From positions 102,344 to 166,343 of the forward strand of contig CAWJFQ010000005.1 of assembly GCA_963842215.1 (NCBI GenBank): a stretch of 64,000 bases of DNA. Reading direction: 5' to 3'. The stretch comes from an uncultured delta proteobacterium (GTDB lineage Bacteria > Desulfobacterota > Binatia > Binatales > Binataceae). Positions 21,796 through 30,787 of this stretch are shown one piece after another. The translations under genes were made by a program, and so were the position numbers. Each line of letters opens with the position of its first letter. The first letter of the stretch is position 1. Under the pieces are notes generated by a model that saw nothing but the letters and a program-made list of their open reading frames with translations, was not told where the DNA came from and did not search any database.

Positions 21796-23466
21796 TTGGC
21801 CGAAGTAGCACCCAATCAGGACCGCAGCGAGCCGCGCGCCAACCCGCGTCCCGGGCTTGCCAGCGCATCCGGCTCCGGCGCGAACCAGGCCGGCGTCATC
21901 GCCGCGGGCGTATTGCTCAGCCGCATCGCCGGCCTCGTCCGCGACAGCATCTTCGCGCACTTTCTCGGCGATTCGGCGACCGCTGACGCGTTCAAGGCGG
22001 GGTTTCGCATCCCGAACATTCTCCAGAATCTGTTCGGCGAAGGCGTCCTGTCGGCATCGTTCATTCCGGTTTACGGAAAGCTACTGGGCGAGGGCGACGA
22101 AGAAACCGCAGACATGCTGGCATGGGGCGTCGGCGCGATCCTGACGCTCGGCGTGTCTGTCCTGGTGGCGATCGGCGTGCTGGTGACGCCATACCTCATC
22201 GACGTGATTGCGCCCGGGTTCGAGGGCGACAAGCGCGAGTTGACGATTCAAATCGTGCGCATTCTCTTTCCCGGCGCTGGACTACTGGTGGTGTCGGCGT
22301 GGTTCCTCGGCGTTCTGAACAGTCATCATAAATTCTTTGTCTCGTACACCGCGCCGGTCGCATGGAACGTCGCGATGATCGCGGCACTGCTCTACTACGG
22401 CCCGCGCCGCTCGCAGGACGGACTGGCGATCGCGATCTCGTGGGGCTCGGTGGTCGGTTCGGCTTTGCAAATCGCTGTGCAGGTGCCGCAGACCCTCGCG
22501 TTATTGAGGAAGCATCGCATCGACTTCGCGCGAGTCGCCGCGCCATTGCGTGCCGTCTTCCACAATCTGACGCCGGTGGTCGTCAGCCGCGGCGTCATCA
22601 ATTTGAGCACTTATGTTGACAACATCCTGGCGAGTCTGTTGCCGACCGGCGCCGTCGCCGCGCTGAACTACGGCCAATTGCTTTACATGGTGCCGATCAG
22701 CCTGTTCGGGTACTCGGTAGCTGCTTCGGAGTTGCCCGCGATGTCGCGCGCCGCGGGAGCGATGCCTGAGCAGATGAGCACGATACTGCGCGGGCGACTC
22801 AATCGCGGACTGCGCCAAATCGCGTTCATGGTAGTGCCATCCTCGGCCGCATTTCTGATTCTCGGCGATGTGATCGTGGCGATGATCTATCAGTCCGGCG
22901 CCTTTACCCGTGCCGACGCGGTTTACGTATGGGCCGTCCTGGCCGGCTCCGGCGTCGGACTGCTCGCCGCTACGATGGGCCGGTTGTACAACTCGGCATT
23001 CTACGCGCTATTCGACACGCGCACGCCGCTTCGATTCGCAGTAATCCGCGTCGTGCTCACGCTGGTGCTCGGCTACCTGTGCGCAATTCCAATTCCACCG
23101 ATGCTTGGAATAGCGCAGAAGTGGGGTGTGGCAGGATTAACGATATCGGCGGGTCTCGCGGGATGGGTCGAGTTCGTGATGCTGCGGTGGGCGCTGAACA
23201 AGCGCATCGGATGGACCGGGCTGGAGCGTTCCTACCTTGCCAAGTTGTGGGCGCTGGCGCTGGGAGCCGCGGTGGTCGGGTTCGGACTGAAGCTCAGGAT
23301 GGCGGGATTCGGGCCGCGGATTCAGGGCCTGGTGATCCTTTCGACCTACGGGGGCCTTTATTTTTTGGGCGCCTGGATGCTTGCGCTGCCGGAACTGAAA
23401 CAAATCACCGGCCAGATAACGCGCCGTTTTTCTCCGCGCGCGTCTTCGAACTCATCCGATCGATAG
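21796..23466 (+). CDS. murJ: Lipid II flippase MurJ (MviN)
   Basis: GLVRDSIFAHFLGDSATADAFKAGFRIPNILQNLFGEGVLSASFIPVY plus many TM segments. ORF 21451..23466 overlaps hemW. There is no ATG near the N-terminus, so the start is placed at TTG 21796. Confidence 0.85.
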   Translation: MAEVAPNQDRSEPRANPRPGLASASGSGANQAGVIAAGVLLSRIAGLVRDSIFAHFLGDSATADAFKAGFRIPNILQNLFGEGVLSASFIPVYGKLLGEGDEETADMLAWGVGAILTLGVSVLVAIGVLVTPYLIDVIAPGFEGDKRELTIQIVRILFPGAGLLVVSAWFLGVLNSHHKFFVSYTAPVAWNVAMIAALLYYGPRRSQDGLAIAISWGSVVGSALQIAVQVPQTLALLRKHRIDFARVAAPLRAVFHNLTPVVVSRGVINLSTYVDNILASLLPTGAVAALNYGQLLYMVPISLFGYSVAASELPAMSRAAGAMPEQMSTILRGRLNRGLRQIAFMVVPSSAAFLILGDVIVAMIYQSGAFTRADAVYVWAVLAGSGVGLLAATMGRLYNSAFYALFDTRTPLRFAVIRVVLTLVLGYLCAIPIPPMLGIAQKWGVAGLTISAGLAGWVEFVMLRWALNKRIGWTGLERSYLAKLWALALGAAVVGFGLKLRMAGFGPRIQGLVILSTYGGLYFLGAWMLALPELKQITGQITRRFSPRASSNSSDR

Positions 23467-24959
23467 TCGCGCTGGTCGAGCGGCCGCCGAGCAGCGGCGC
23501 CAGCGCAACTCTGCCCCCGCGTGACTCGACGAACGCCTGGCCGTCAACTTGCTTGTCGCGCCAGTCTTCGCCCTTGATCAGAACATCGGGCTTGACCGCT
23601 CGAATGATTTTCTCGGCGCGGGTTTCATCGAACACGACCACGTAGTCGACCGCTTCCAGCGCGGCCAGGATGCGGGCGCGCTCGGCTGCGGGATAGATCG
23701 GACGCCCGTCACCCTTAAGCTGCCGCACGCTGCGATCGCTGTTGAGTCCGACCACGAGCAGGTCGGCCTGCGCGCGCGCAAAGGCGAGGCTCTGGATGTG
23801 CCCGGCGTGCAGCAGGTCGAAGCATCCGTTGGTGAAAGCGATGCGCCGGCCTGCGTGGCGCTCGCGCTCGAGCGCGGCCTTGAGCTCGTCTGCCGAATGA
23901 ATCTTGCGCTCGTAAGTGGCGTGAGCGGGACTCAGCGCGCGGGCCAGATCTTCGCGGGTGATCACTTCGGTGCCGATTCGCGTGACTTCGATGCTCGCGG
24001 CAAGGTTCGCAATCGTCGCCGCCGACGAGAAGCCGAGGCCGGCGATCGAGAACATCCCGAACACGCTCAGCACGACGTCGCCCGCGCCGGTCACGTCGTA
24101 GACCTCGCGCGGCACGGTCGAAATGTAGGTGTCCTTGCCGCTGCGCTCCGCCAGATACATGCCGTCGCGGTCGAGCGTGATCAAACACGCCTCCAACCCG
24201 AGCTTGCGCACGAGAGTCTCGGCCGCCTTGCGCCACGCGCCGCGGTCGGTGAGACGGATCCCGGTGGCGACTTCGGTTTCGTAGCGATTGGGCGTCAGTG
24301 CGGTCGCGCCGCGATAGATCGAAAAGTCCGCGGTCCGGCGCGGATCGACGATCACCGGGATACCGCGGGCGCGGCCGCCGTCGATCAATGCGCGCAGCAC
24401 GGCAGGAGTGAGCATCCCCTTGTCGATATCTGAAATCAGCACGCCGTCGCATTGGCGGAGCTCGGCCTTGAGGCGTGCGATCAACTCGCGCTCGCGCGGG
24501 GCCTTGAGCGGGGCGGGGTTTTCGTCATCGACGCGGAGCAGTTGCTGGGTCGCGCGATGGGCCGCTTGAACCGAACCGAACATTCGATCCTTGACGATGG
24601 TGGGGCGGTCGGGATCGATCAGAATCGAGCGCGTGTCGATTCCGAGATCGGCGAAAATCTCGCGCAGCAGACCGCCGTTACGATCCGCACCGACCACGCT
24701 GAGCGCGCTCACCTCGGCACCGAGCGCGCGCAGGTTCGCCATGACGAAACCCGCGTTGCCCGGCTTCTCCTCGCGCCGCTGCACACGCAGGATTGGGAAT
24801 CGGCGCTTCGGGAGAGATTCGCGCGACGTCGCCCCACAGGTAGCGATCCAGGATCACTTCGCCGGCCACCAGCACGCGCAGCGGTTTGAGCGCCGGCAGA
24901 CCATGATGATTGTGAATGGCCGCAGGATGCGCAGAAGGCGGCGTTTTGGGTCGAGCCAT
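23405..24959 (-). pseudogene. hldE: Bifunctional heptose 7-phosphate kinase / heptose 1-phosphate adenylyltransferase, interrupted by a 1-nt frameshift
   Basis: ORF 24678..24959 encodes the N-terminus [32 protein letters not shown] 23405..24784 continues in another frame with (IL)[19 protein letters not shown]... through the cytidylyltransferase domain (FTNGCFDLLHAGH). The frames join if one base of the GGG run at 24795-24797 is removed. Confidence 0.85.
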
Positions 24960-25030
24960 GATGCGGCATCTTACGCCGCGGCACGGGTAGCGTTAAACCG
25001 CCTGCGCGAGGCGCTGGTGAATGTGGAACC

Positions 25031-25066
25031 GGTACCCTTCCGGCGGGGGAAGGGGAACCGGGTGGA
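25031..25066 (+). repeat. Repeat family 2 variant (CCCTTCC-loop-GGAAGGG hairpin)
   Basis: ggtaCCCTTCCggcgggGGAAGGGgaaccgg. Related to the hairpins at 29060-29081 and 63452-63473. Confidence 0.6.
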
Positions 25067-25072
25067 GGGCGC

Positions 25073-25187
25073 GGAATCCTGAATCGCGCAGGGCGCTGTA
25101 ATAGGACCCTCACCCTTCCTCTCCCTTGCAGGGAGAGGGGACAGAGGGGACGCGCAGCAGTTACGCACAGCTCTCCTTACAGGAGGC
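25073..25187 (+). repeat. Interspersed repeat family 1, copy B
   Basis: GAATCCTGAATCGCGCAGGGCGCTGTAATAGGACCCTCACCCTTCCTCTCCCTTGCAGGGAGAGGGGACAGAGGGGACGCGCAGCAGTTACGCACAGCTCTCC... This is near-identical to copy A in reverse complement. Confidence 0.85.
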
Positions 25188-25191
25188 CTTT

Positions 25192-25433
25192 GCGTAACTT
25201 CCGCGGGGCAATTAGACCAAAGAGCAGAATCCTGAATCGCGCAGGGCGCTCTAAAGCACCTCGCCCGCGCCGAAGACGCGGCCTCTCCTGCAACCAAGCG
25301 GGCGAGGCAGATAATCGGTCGCGCGGAACGCGACACCCTAACTCGACCCTCACCCTTCCTCTCCCTTGCAGGGAGAGGGGACAGAGGGGACGCGAAGCAG
25401 TTACGCACAGCTCTCCTCACAGGGAGAGGAGAC
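25192..25433 (+). repeat. Interspersed repeat family 1, copy C (split by a ~75-bp internal insertion), bounded by TGCGTAAC / GTTACGCA
   Basis: The left arm CAGAATCCTGAATCGCGCAGGGCGCT starts at 25226 and the right arm GACCCTCACCCTTCCTCTCCCTTGCAGGGAGAGGGGACAGAGGGGACGCGAAGCAGTTACGCACAGC runs from ~25345. Unrelated sequence lies between the arms. Confidence 0.8.
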
Positions 25434-25440
25434 CGCACGG

Positions 25441-25480
25441 GGCGAGGAACCTAGCGGTGAAGGGGAACTGGATGGGAGAT
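25441..25480 (+). repeat. Repeat family 2, truncated copy (GGCGAGGAACCTA...GAAGGGGAAC)
   Basis: Shares GGCGAGGAACCTA and GAAGGGGAAC-nGAT with 29039-29090 but lacks the 5' half of the hairpin. It lies just 3' of the cyclase gene. Confidence 0.55.
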
Positions 25481-25538
25481 GACGGGGTGGGCGTTTCGTT
25501 TGGTAAAGGGTTTATCAACCGTAGAGCCAGCCAAAGAT

Positions 25539-28500
25539 TTAGGGACGCAGTTCTTCAAGCAGTGCCTTAGCGTCCTTCAGATCCGGAGTATCGAAGCCTT
25601 CGGTGAACCAGTTGTAGATTTCGGCGAGCGCGGTGCGGGCTTCGATGCGCCTCTCCTGTTCGGTGAGTAGGCGGGCGAGGCTCGTCGTTGCGCGTAGTTC
25701 ACACCACTTGGCCGACTGTTGCTGGGCGACTTTGATCGCAGTGCGGAAGCTATTTTCGGCCTCGCTGGCGGCGGCTGAATCCTGTGCCAGCGACAGCTCA
25801 CCCTCGAGCCGATAAATTTCCGCGAGGTACATTCCTTCGCCGGTCGCTCGCGCCAGCTCTATTGCCTCGGCCATCGTCGAGCGCGCTTTCGCCGGTTGGC
25901 CGCAGACCTGCAATGCCTGGGCAAGACGGGCGATCATCAAAGGCAGGCCGAAAAGGACTCTGTGAGCACGGTGTCCGGCGATTCCCTGTTGCATCTGCGC
26001 GAGTCCGTCGGCCCGCCCTTGCATCGACAATACGTAACCGTGATCGATAGCCGCGTTCGCCACGGCGAAAACGGGGAGTTGCTCTTTTTCCTTGAGCTCT
26101 AGCGCAGCGTTCGACTGGGTCAGGGCGGATGAAAAGTCACCAACGATGAGATGCGCTGCACAGACAAACACCATCGCGACCGCGACATCGAAAGGCCGCG
26201 ACAGATCGCGGGCTATTGCGACAGCGTCCCTGGTAATCTTCAGCGCTTGAGCCGGATAGCCGAGCAAAGCCAGGGCCTGGCCGAAGTGAAGACGACAGAT
26301 GACCCGGCGGTCGATCGAACTAAGACTGGTACGGTCCTCTTCGTGTTGCGCGGCGACTGCCTGCTCGAGCATGGAACGGGCGGCGACGAGTTCGCCACGG
26401 AAGAGGTGCGTTTGCCCGACCGAAAAATGGGCCCACGAAATTGTCATCGGATCGCGCATCGCGAGCGCCGTGTCGAGCAGGCGGCGTGCCAAAGTCAGCG
26501 CGTCGTCGTATTCGGCACGGGCGAAATGAAACAGCATAAGGCCGCGCAATCCGTCCAAAGACCGGCGCGCGTTCCCGGTTCTTTCCGAGAGCTCCATTAT
26601 TCGCGCGAAAGTTTTGTCGAGCCCGTCGGCTCCGATTCCGCTCAAGACTTGCACGGTGGCGGCATAGGCATACTGCAGATCCGCCTCGCGCTCGTTGCGC
26701 TGCGCGCTCGCCGGAACGCGCTGGAGAAAATCAATCGCGGCCTCCAGATGGCGGAGCGCATCGCGATGCGCTGAGCGGCCGAATGCCTGCAGTCCTGCGC
26801 GCTCCGAATAAAGAGACGCCTTAACCGCGTTGCCGCTGCGGACGTAGTGGTAGCCCAACTCGTTGAGGTGATCCTCGAGGCTGGCGGCGTAGAGAGTTTC
26901 GATCGCGGCGCCGATGCGCTCATGCAGGGGCTTGCGCCGCTCGCCGAGGATCGAGTTGTAGGAAACTTCCTGGGTAAGAGCGTGCTTGAAGGTGTACTCG
27001 ACGTCGCCGACGGCAGGCTGCTCGTAAATGAACTCGCCGAGCTGAAGTGCGTCGAGCGTGCGCGCAAGTTCGTCGGCCGGTGTGCCGGCTACGGCGCGCA
27101 CGAGGCTCAGCGGAAACTCTTTGCCGATCACGGCCAGGGTTTCGAGCAAGTTTTTCTCCGCGGTTGGCAGACGATCGATGCGCGCGGCGAGGATGGCCTG
27201 CACGGTCGGTGGAATCTTCAACTCGCCCAGCGGCTTGGTGAGCCTGACCGCGGCGCCGTCGCGTACCAGCGCGCCTTCGTCGAATAACACCTGCACCGTC
27301 TCCTCGATGAAGAATGGGTTGCCTTCGGTCTTCTCGATTATGACTTTTCTCAGCTCCGCGAGGTCGGGACCGTCACCAAGCAGTGCGCTCAGCATCTGGT
27401 AGGAGCTTTCCTTGCCGAGCGGGTCCAGCCGCAACTGCGTGTAGTAGGTCTTGCCGTGCCATTGATGCGAGTACTCGGGGCGATAGTTCACCAGCATCAG
27501 AAGCCGGGCAGTACCGATAGAATCGGCGAGCAGATCGAGCAGCGCCTGGGTCTCGTCGTCGATCCAGTGGAGGTCCTCGAAGATCACCATCAGCGGCTGA
27601 TTGAGCGACTCGCGCAGAATCAATCGTTTGATCGCTTCGAGCGTGCGTCGCTTGCGGACCTGCGGTTCCATTTGCGCGAGCGGATTCTTCTCTTGCACTT
27701 CGTGCAAATGCTCGTCGAGGCGATCGAGCGTTTGCTCCCAAAGCCGGTGTTGATCGGAATCCTCGGAGATTCCCAACAACGAGAACAGGTAAGGGATGGT
27801 ATCTTCCAGCGCGCGGTCGAGGATTACTATTTTGCCGGCCACTCTTTCGCGGCGCTTGCGCGCGTCGTCGCCGCTGTCGATGCCGAAGTAGGAATAGAGC
27901 AGGTCGATGACGGGCAAAAAGGCCGACGCTTTGCCGTGCGAGACCGAGAAAGCCTCGAGCACCATCCATCCCGATTGCGAGACTGCTTTGAACTCGAAAT
28001 ATAGCCGTGACTTGCCGGTGCCCGCTTCGGCGACCGTCGCGGCGATCTGCCCGCGTCCATCCCGGGCAAGTTCGGCGGCGTGCTTGAGCGCTTCCATCTC
28101 GCGCTCGCGGCCAACGAACCGGGTAAAGCCGCGTCCGGCAGATCGTTGCAGGCGGGTGCGCAAGGGACCCAGCCCGCTCACCTCGAAAACGTTGACCGCC
28201 TCGCTGACACCCTTGATCCGCGCCGGCCCCAGCGGCTTCAGGGCGAAGAAACCCTCGACCAGCTTGCGGGTACTTTCTGAAATTGCGGTTGCGCCCGCGT
28301 CGGCCAGGGTCTGCATGCGCGAGGCAAGATTGGTGGTGTGCCCAATCGGTGTATATTCGACGTGACCGTCTCCAGTGGCAATCGGGCGCACGACAACCTC
28401 GCCAGTGTTCGCGCCGACACGAATCTGAATTGGCGCGCGGCCGTCGGCGCGCAGCCGCTCGGAATAGTGTCGAATCTCCTCCTGCATCCTGAGCGCGGCG

Positions 28501-28958
28501 TAGAGCGCGCGTTGCGGATGGTCCTCGTGCGCGACGGGCGCGCCAAACAGTGCGAAGATGCCGTCGCCGGTGCTCTGCACGATATAACCGTCGTAGCGGC
28601 GGACCGCATCGATCATCAGCTTCAATGCGGGGTCGACGATCGCGCGCGCTTCCTCAGGGTCGAGATCCTGCTCGAGCTCGGTCGAGCCCTTGATGTCCGC
28701 GAACAGTGCGGTGACCGTCTTGCGCTCACCTTCGAGATTTTCAGAAGCAGGGGTATCGACAACTCGAATCGGCGAGTCGTCCGATTTCTTTGTCGAAGCA
28801 GCAGGCGCTCCCATCGGCGCGCCGCAGTCCTCGCAGAACTTCGCGGTGGGACCATTGTCGGCTCCGCAGTTTGCGCATCGAATCGAGAATGGTGTGCCGC
28901 ATTCCGGGCAGAACTTTCTGCCGGAGGTGCTTTCAATCCCGCATTTCGAGCAGCGCAT
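25539..28958 (-). CDS. Multidomain signalling protein: double zinc ribbon - class III adenylate/guanylate cyclase - AAA/STAND ATPase - TPR array
   Basis: 1139 aa. N-terminus CSKCG..CPECG..CANCG..CEDCG. Cyclase core RKTVTALFADIKGSTE...VQSTGDGIFALFGAP...IRVGANTGEVVV...GHTTNLASRMQ. P-loop AEAGTGKSRL. A long helical TPR-like C-terminal half. Confidence 0.88.
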   Translation of the reverse strand: MRCSKCGIESTSGRKFCPECGTPFSIRCANCGADNGPTAKFCEDCGAPMGAPAASTKKSDDSPIRVVDTPASENLEGERKTVTALFADIKGSTELEQDLDPEEARAIVDPALKLMIDAVRRYDGYIVQSTGDGIFALFGAPVAHEDHPQRALYAALRMQEEIRHYSERLRADGRAPIQIRVGANTGEVVVRPIATGDGHVEYTPIGHTTNLASRMQTLADAGATAISESTRKLVEGFFALKPLGPARIKGVSEAVNVFEVSGLGPLRTRLQRSAGRGFTRFVGREREMEALKHAAELARDGRGQIAATVAEAGTGKSRLYFEFKAVSQSGWMVLEAFSVSHGKASAFLPVIDLLYSYFGIDSGDDARKRRERVAGKIVILDRALEDTIPYLFSLLGISEDSDQHRLWEQTLDRLDEHLHEVQEKNPLAQMEPQVRKRRTLEAIKRLILRESLNQPLMVIFEDLHWIDDETQALLDLLADSIGTARLLMLVNYRPEYSHQWHGKTYYTQLRLDPLGKESSYQMLSALLGDGPDLAELRKVIIEKTEGNPFFIEETVQVLFDEGALVRDGAAVRLTKPLGELKIPPTVQAILAARIDRLPTAEKNLLETLAVIGKEFPLSLVRAVAGTPADELARTLDALQLGEFIYEQPAVGDVEYTFKHALTQEVSYNSILGERRKPLHERIGAAIETLYAASLEDHLNELGYHYVRSGNAVKASLYSERAGLQAFGRSAHRDALRHLEAAIDFLQRVPASAQRNEREADLQYAYAATVQVLSGIGADGLDKTFARIMELSERTGNARRSLDGLRGLMLFHFARAEYDDALTLARRLLDTALAMRDPMTISWAHFSVGQTHLFRGELVAARSMLEQAVAAQHEEDRTSLSSIDRRVICRLHFGQALALLGYPAQALKITRDAVAIARDLSRPFDVAVAMVFVCAAHLIVGDFSSALTQSNAALELKEKEQLPVFAVANAAIDHGYVLSMQGRADGLAQMQQGIAGHRAHRVLFGLPLMIARLAQALQVCGQPAKARSTMAEAIELARATGEGMYLAEIYRLEGELSLAQDSAAASEAENSFRTAIKVAQQQSAKWCELRATTSLARLLTEQERRIEARTALAEIYNWFTEGFDTPDLKDAKALLEELRP

Positions 28959-29038
28959 CGAGAAATCCTCCGTGCTGGCAACCGCCGAGTATTGCCATTG
29001 GCCCGCGTGAATTAACAGAGGACGATGCGGAAAAATCC

Positions 29039-29090
29039 GGCGAGGAACCTAACCCCTAACCCCTTCCCCTGGTGGAAGGGGAACCAGATT
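29039..29090 (+). repeat. Repeat family 2, full copy with 8-bp hairpin CCCCTTCC(29060-29067)/GGAAGGGG(29074-29081)
   Basis: GGCGAGGAACCTAACCCCTAACCCCTTCCCCTGGTGGAAGGGGAACCAGATT. The reverse-complement copy is at 63448-63488. It lies between the CoA-transferase 3' end and the cyclase 5' end, so it may also act as a terminator hairpin on the minus strand. Confidence 0.7.
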
Positions 29091-29118
29091 TGAAAGAGAG
29101 GATAGGGTTGATTGAAAG

Positions 29119-30336
29119 TTAGATTGTTCCTTCGGTCTTCAGTCGTTTGCGTGAGGGGGCGTCGATGCCGATGTCGGCGAGGATTTCTTCGTTGTGTTCG
29201 CCGAGCGCCGGGGCGCCGGTGCGAACGCGAGTTGGTGTCCGCGAGAATTTGGCCACCGGTCCAGTCAACGGAACGATCGCGCCACCCTCGCTGCGGGTTG
29301 GCTGCAAACTGTCGCGCTCAAGCACGTGAGGATCGCGCGCCGCGTCGCCATAGCTGTTGACGGGCCCGACCGGAATTCCCGCACGAATGAGAATCTCGAC
29401 TATTTCGGCCCGTCCGTGTTCAGCCGTCCATGCAGCGACGATCGCGTTGCACGCATCGCGATTTGCACAGCGTCCGGCGATGGTCGCAAAGGCCGGATCG
29501 TCGGCCAATTCCGGCTGACCGACAGTGCGCGCCAGCACTTTCCAATGGCTATCGAGCAGTATCGCGATATAGACGGAGCCATCCGCACAAGCGAAAACGT
29601 TCGCGGGCACCGCAAACCCGAACTCGTTGCCGAGGCGTTGCGCGGTAACGCCCATCGCGGCCAGCGTCAAGCTTGCGCCATTCGTCAAGGTGTCCAGCAG
29701 GGCGACGTCGACATGCTGGCCTTCACCGGTGACATCGCGATGGCGCAGTGCGGCCATCGCACCGATCGCACCATGCAGTCCACCGAGTTGGTCAGCGATC
29801 GCGGTCGGATCCTTGGTCGGAGGCCCGTCCACCGAGCCATTCAGCGACATGAAGCCAGATACTGCTTGCGCGATCGGATCGTAACCGGGCCGGCTGGAAT
29901 AGGGACCGAACTGGCCCCATCCGGTAATCGACACGTAGACGATGTCCGGCTTGACCGCGCGTACCGCATGATAGCCGACACCCCATTTGTCCATCGTGCC
30001 GACCTTGAAATTTTCGACGACGATGTCGGCCTTGGCGGCCAGCTTGAGGAAGATGTCGCGGCCTTCACCACGGCGCAGATCGAGGCTGAGGCTGCGCTTG
30101 TTACGATTGATCGTGCCGTGCACGAAACCGATGTTGGTGCCAGGAAGAGTGGGAGGCAGCCGGCGAGTCACTTCGCCTTCGGGAGTTTCGACTTTGATCA
30201 CGTCGGCTCCGAGGTCGGCCAGCATTGCGGAGCACAGCGGTCCCGCCGCGGTCGTCGTTGCTTCGACCACGCGCACGCCGGCCAGAGGTCCGGACAGGTC
30301 GTTGCGGGCATCGCGATAAAATTCAGTCTTGGTCAT
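29119..30336 (-). CDS. Family III CoA-transferase (CaiB/BaiF)
   Basis: ORF 29119..30486, start moved to ATG 30336. N-terminus GVRVVEATTTAAGPLCSAMLADLGADVIKVE is diagnostic of family III. Confidence 0.88.
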   Translation of the reverse strand: MTKTEFYRDARNDLSGPLAGVRVVEATTTAAGPLCSAMLADLGADVIKVETPEGEVTRRLPPTLPGTNIGFVHGTINRNKRSLSLDLRRGEGRDIFLKLAAKADIVVENFKVGTMDKWGVGYHAVRAVKPDIVYVSITGWGQFGPYSSRPGYDPIAQAVSGFMSLNGSVDGPPTKDPTAIADQLGGLHGAIGAMAALRHRDVTGEGQHVDVALLDTLTNGASLTLAAMGVTAQRLGNEFGFAVPANVFACADGSVYIAILLDSHWKVLARTVGQPELADDPAFATIAGRCANRDACNAIVAAWTAEHGRAEIVEILIRAGIPVGPVNSYGDAARDPHVLERDSLQPTRSEGGAIVPLTGPVAKFSRTPTRVRTGAPALGEHNEEILADIGIDAPSRKRLKTEGTI

Positions 30337-30406
30337 GGTTGCGTTCTTCCTTTCAGTGCGGGCCCGCGTCGCTATCTCAACTAGCGATGCTGGGCGTCGG
30401 TCGGCG

Positions 30407-30778
30407 TTAGACGTCCTGTGCGAGGCGCCGGGCAAGTTCGTCGAAGCTCGCGAGGAACCAGACGTCTTTGCCGCGGTTCGATTCATTGACGAAGGCGCGC
30501 AAGGCGGAGCTTTCAGCCAGATGCCGGGAGATGTCGCCGACGATGGCGACGCACCGCTGATACTGTACGAATTTCTGGAGAAGCTCTCCGGCGATGCGGG
30601 TTCTCAACTGAAAGAATTCATCGTCGAGGCATTGGACGGGAATCACCATCACAGTCGCGTGATTCTCGAAGGTCTTGCTGAGAATGTCGACCGCGTCGGC
30701 ATAAGTGCGCAGCCGCGCTTCGCCGGCCGCGAGCTCAAAAACGCGCACGCCGTGAAGTTCGTAGGATTTAGGCGGCAT
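30407..30778 (-). CDS. DUF4180-like small protein
   Basis: 123 aa. IAGELLQKFVQYQRCVAIVGDIS...ALRAFVNESNRG resembles my recollection of the DUF4180 signature. Not verifiable here. Confidence 0.5.
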   Translation of the reverse strand: MPPKSYELHGVRVFELAAGEARLRTYADAVDILSKTFENHATVMVIPVQCLDDEFFQLRTRIAGELLQKFVQYQRCVAIVGDISRHLAESSALRAFVNESNRGKDVWFLASFDELARRLAQDV

Positions 30779-30787
30779 CGATTGGTC

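Noticed and set aside
24971-25438. 155-aa ORF (also 25190..25570 and 20428..21330) with ...SPLSPLPARERKGEG... motifs
   Set aside because: These ORFs are read through interspersed repeat copies or antisense to hemW. The peptide motif is simply the translated repeat hairpin.
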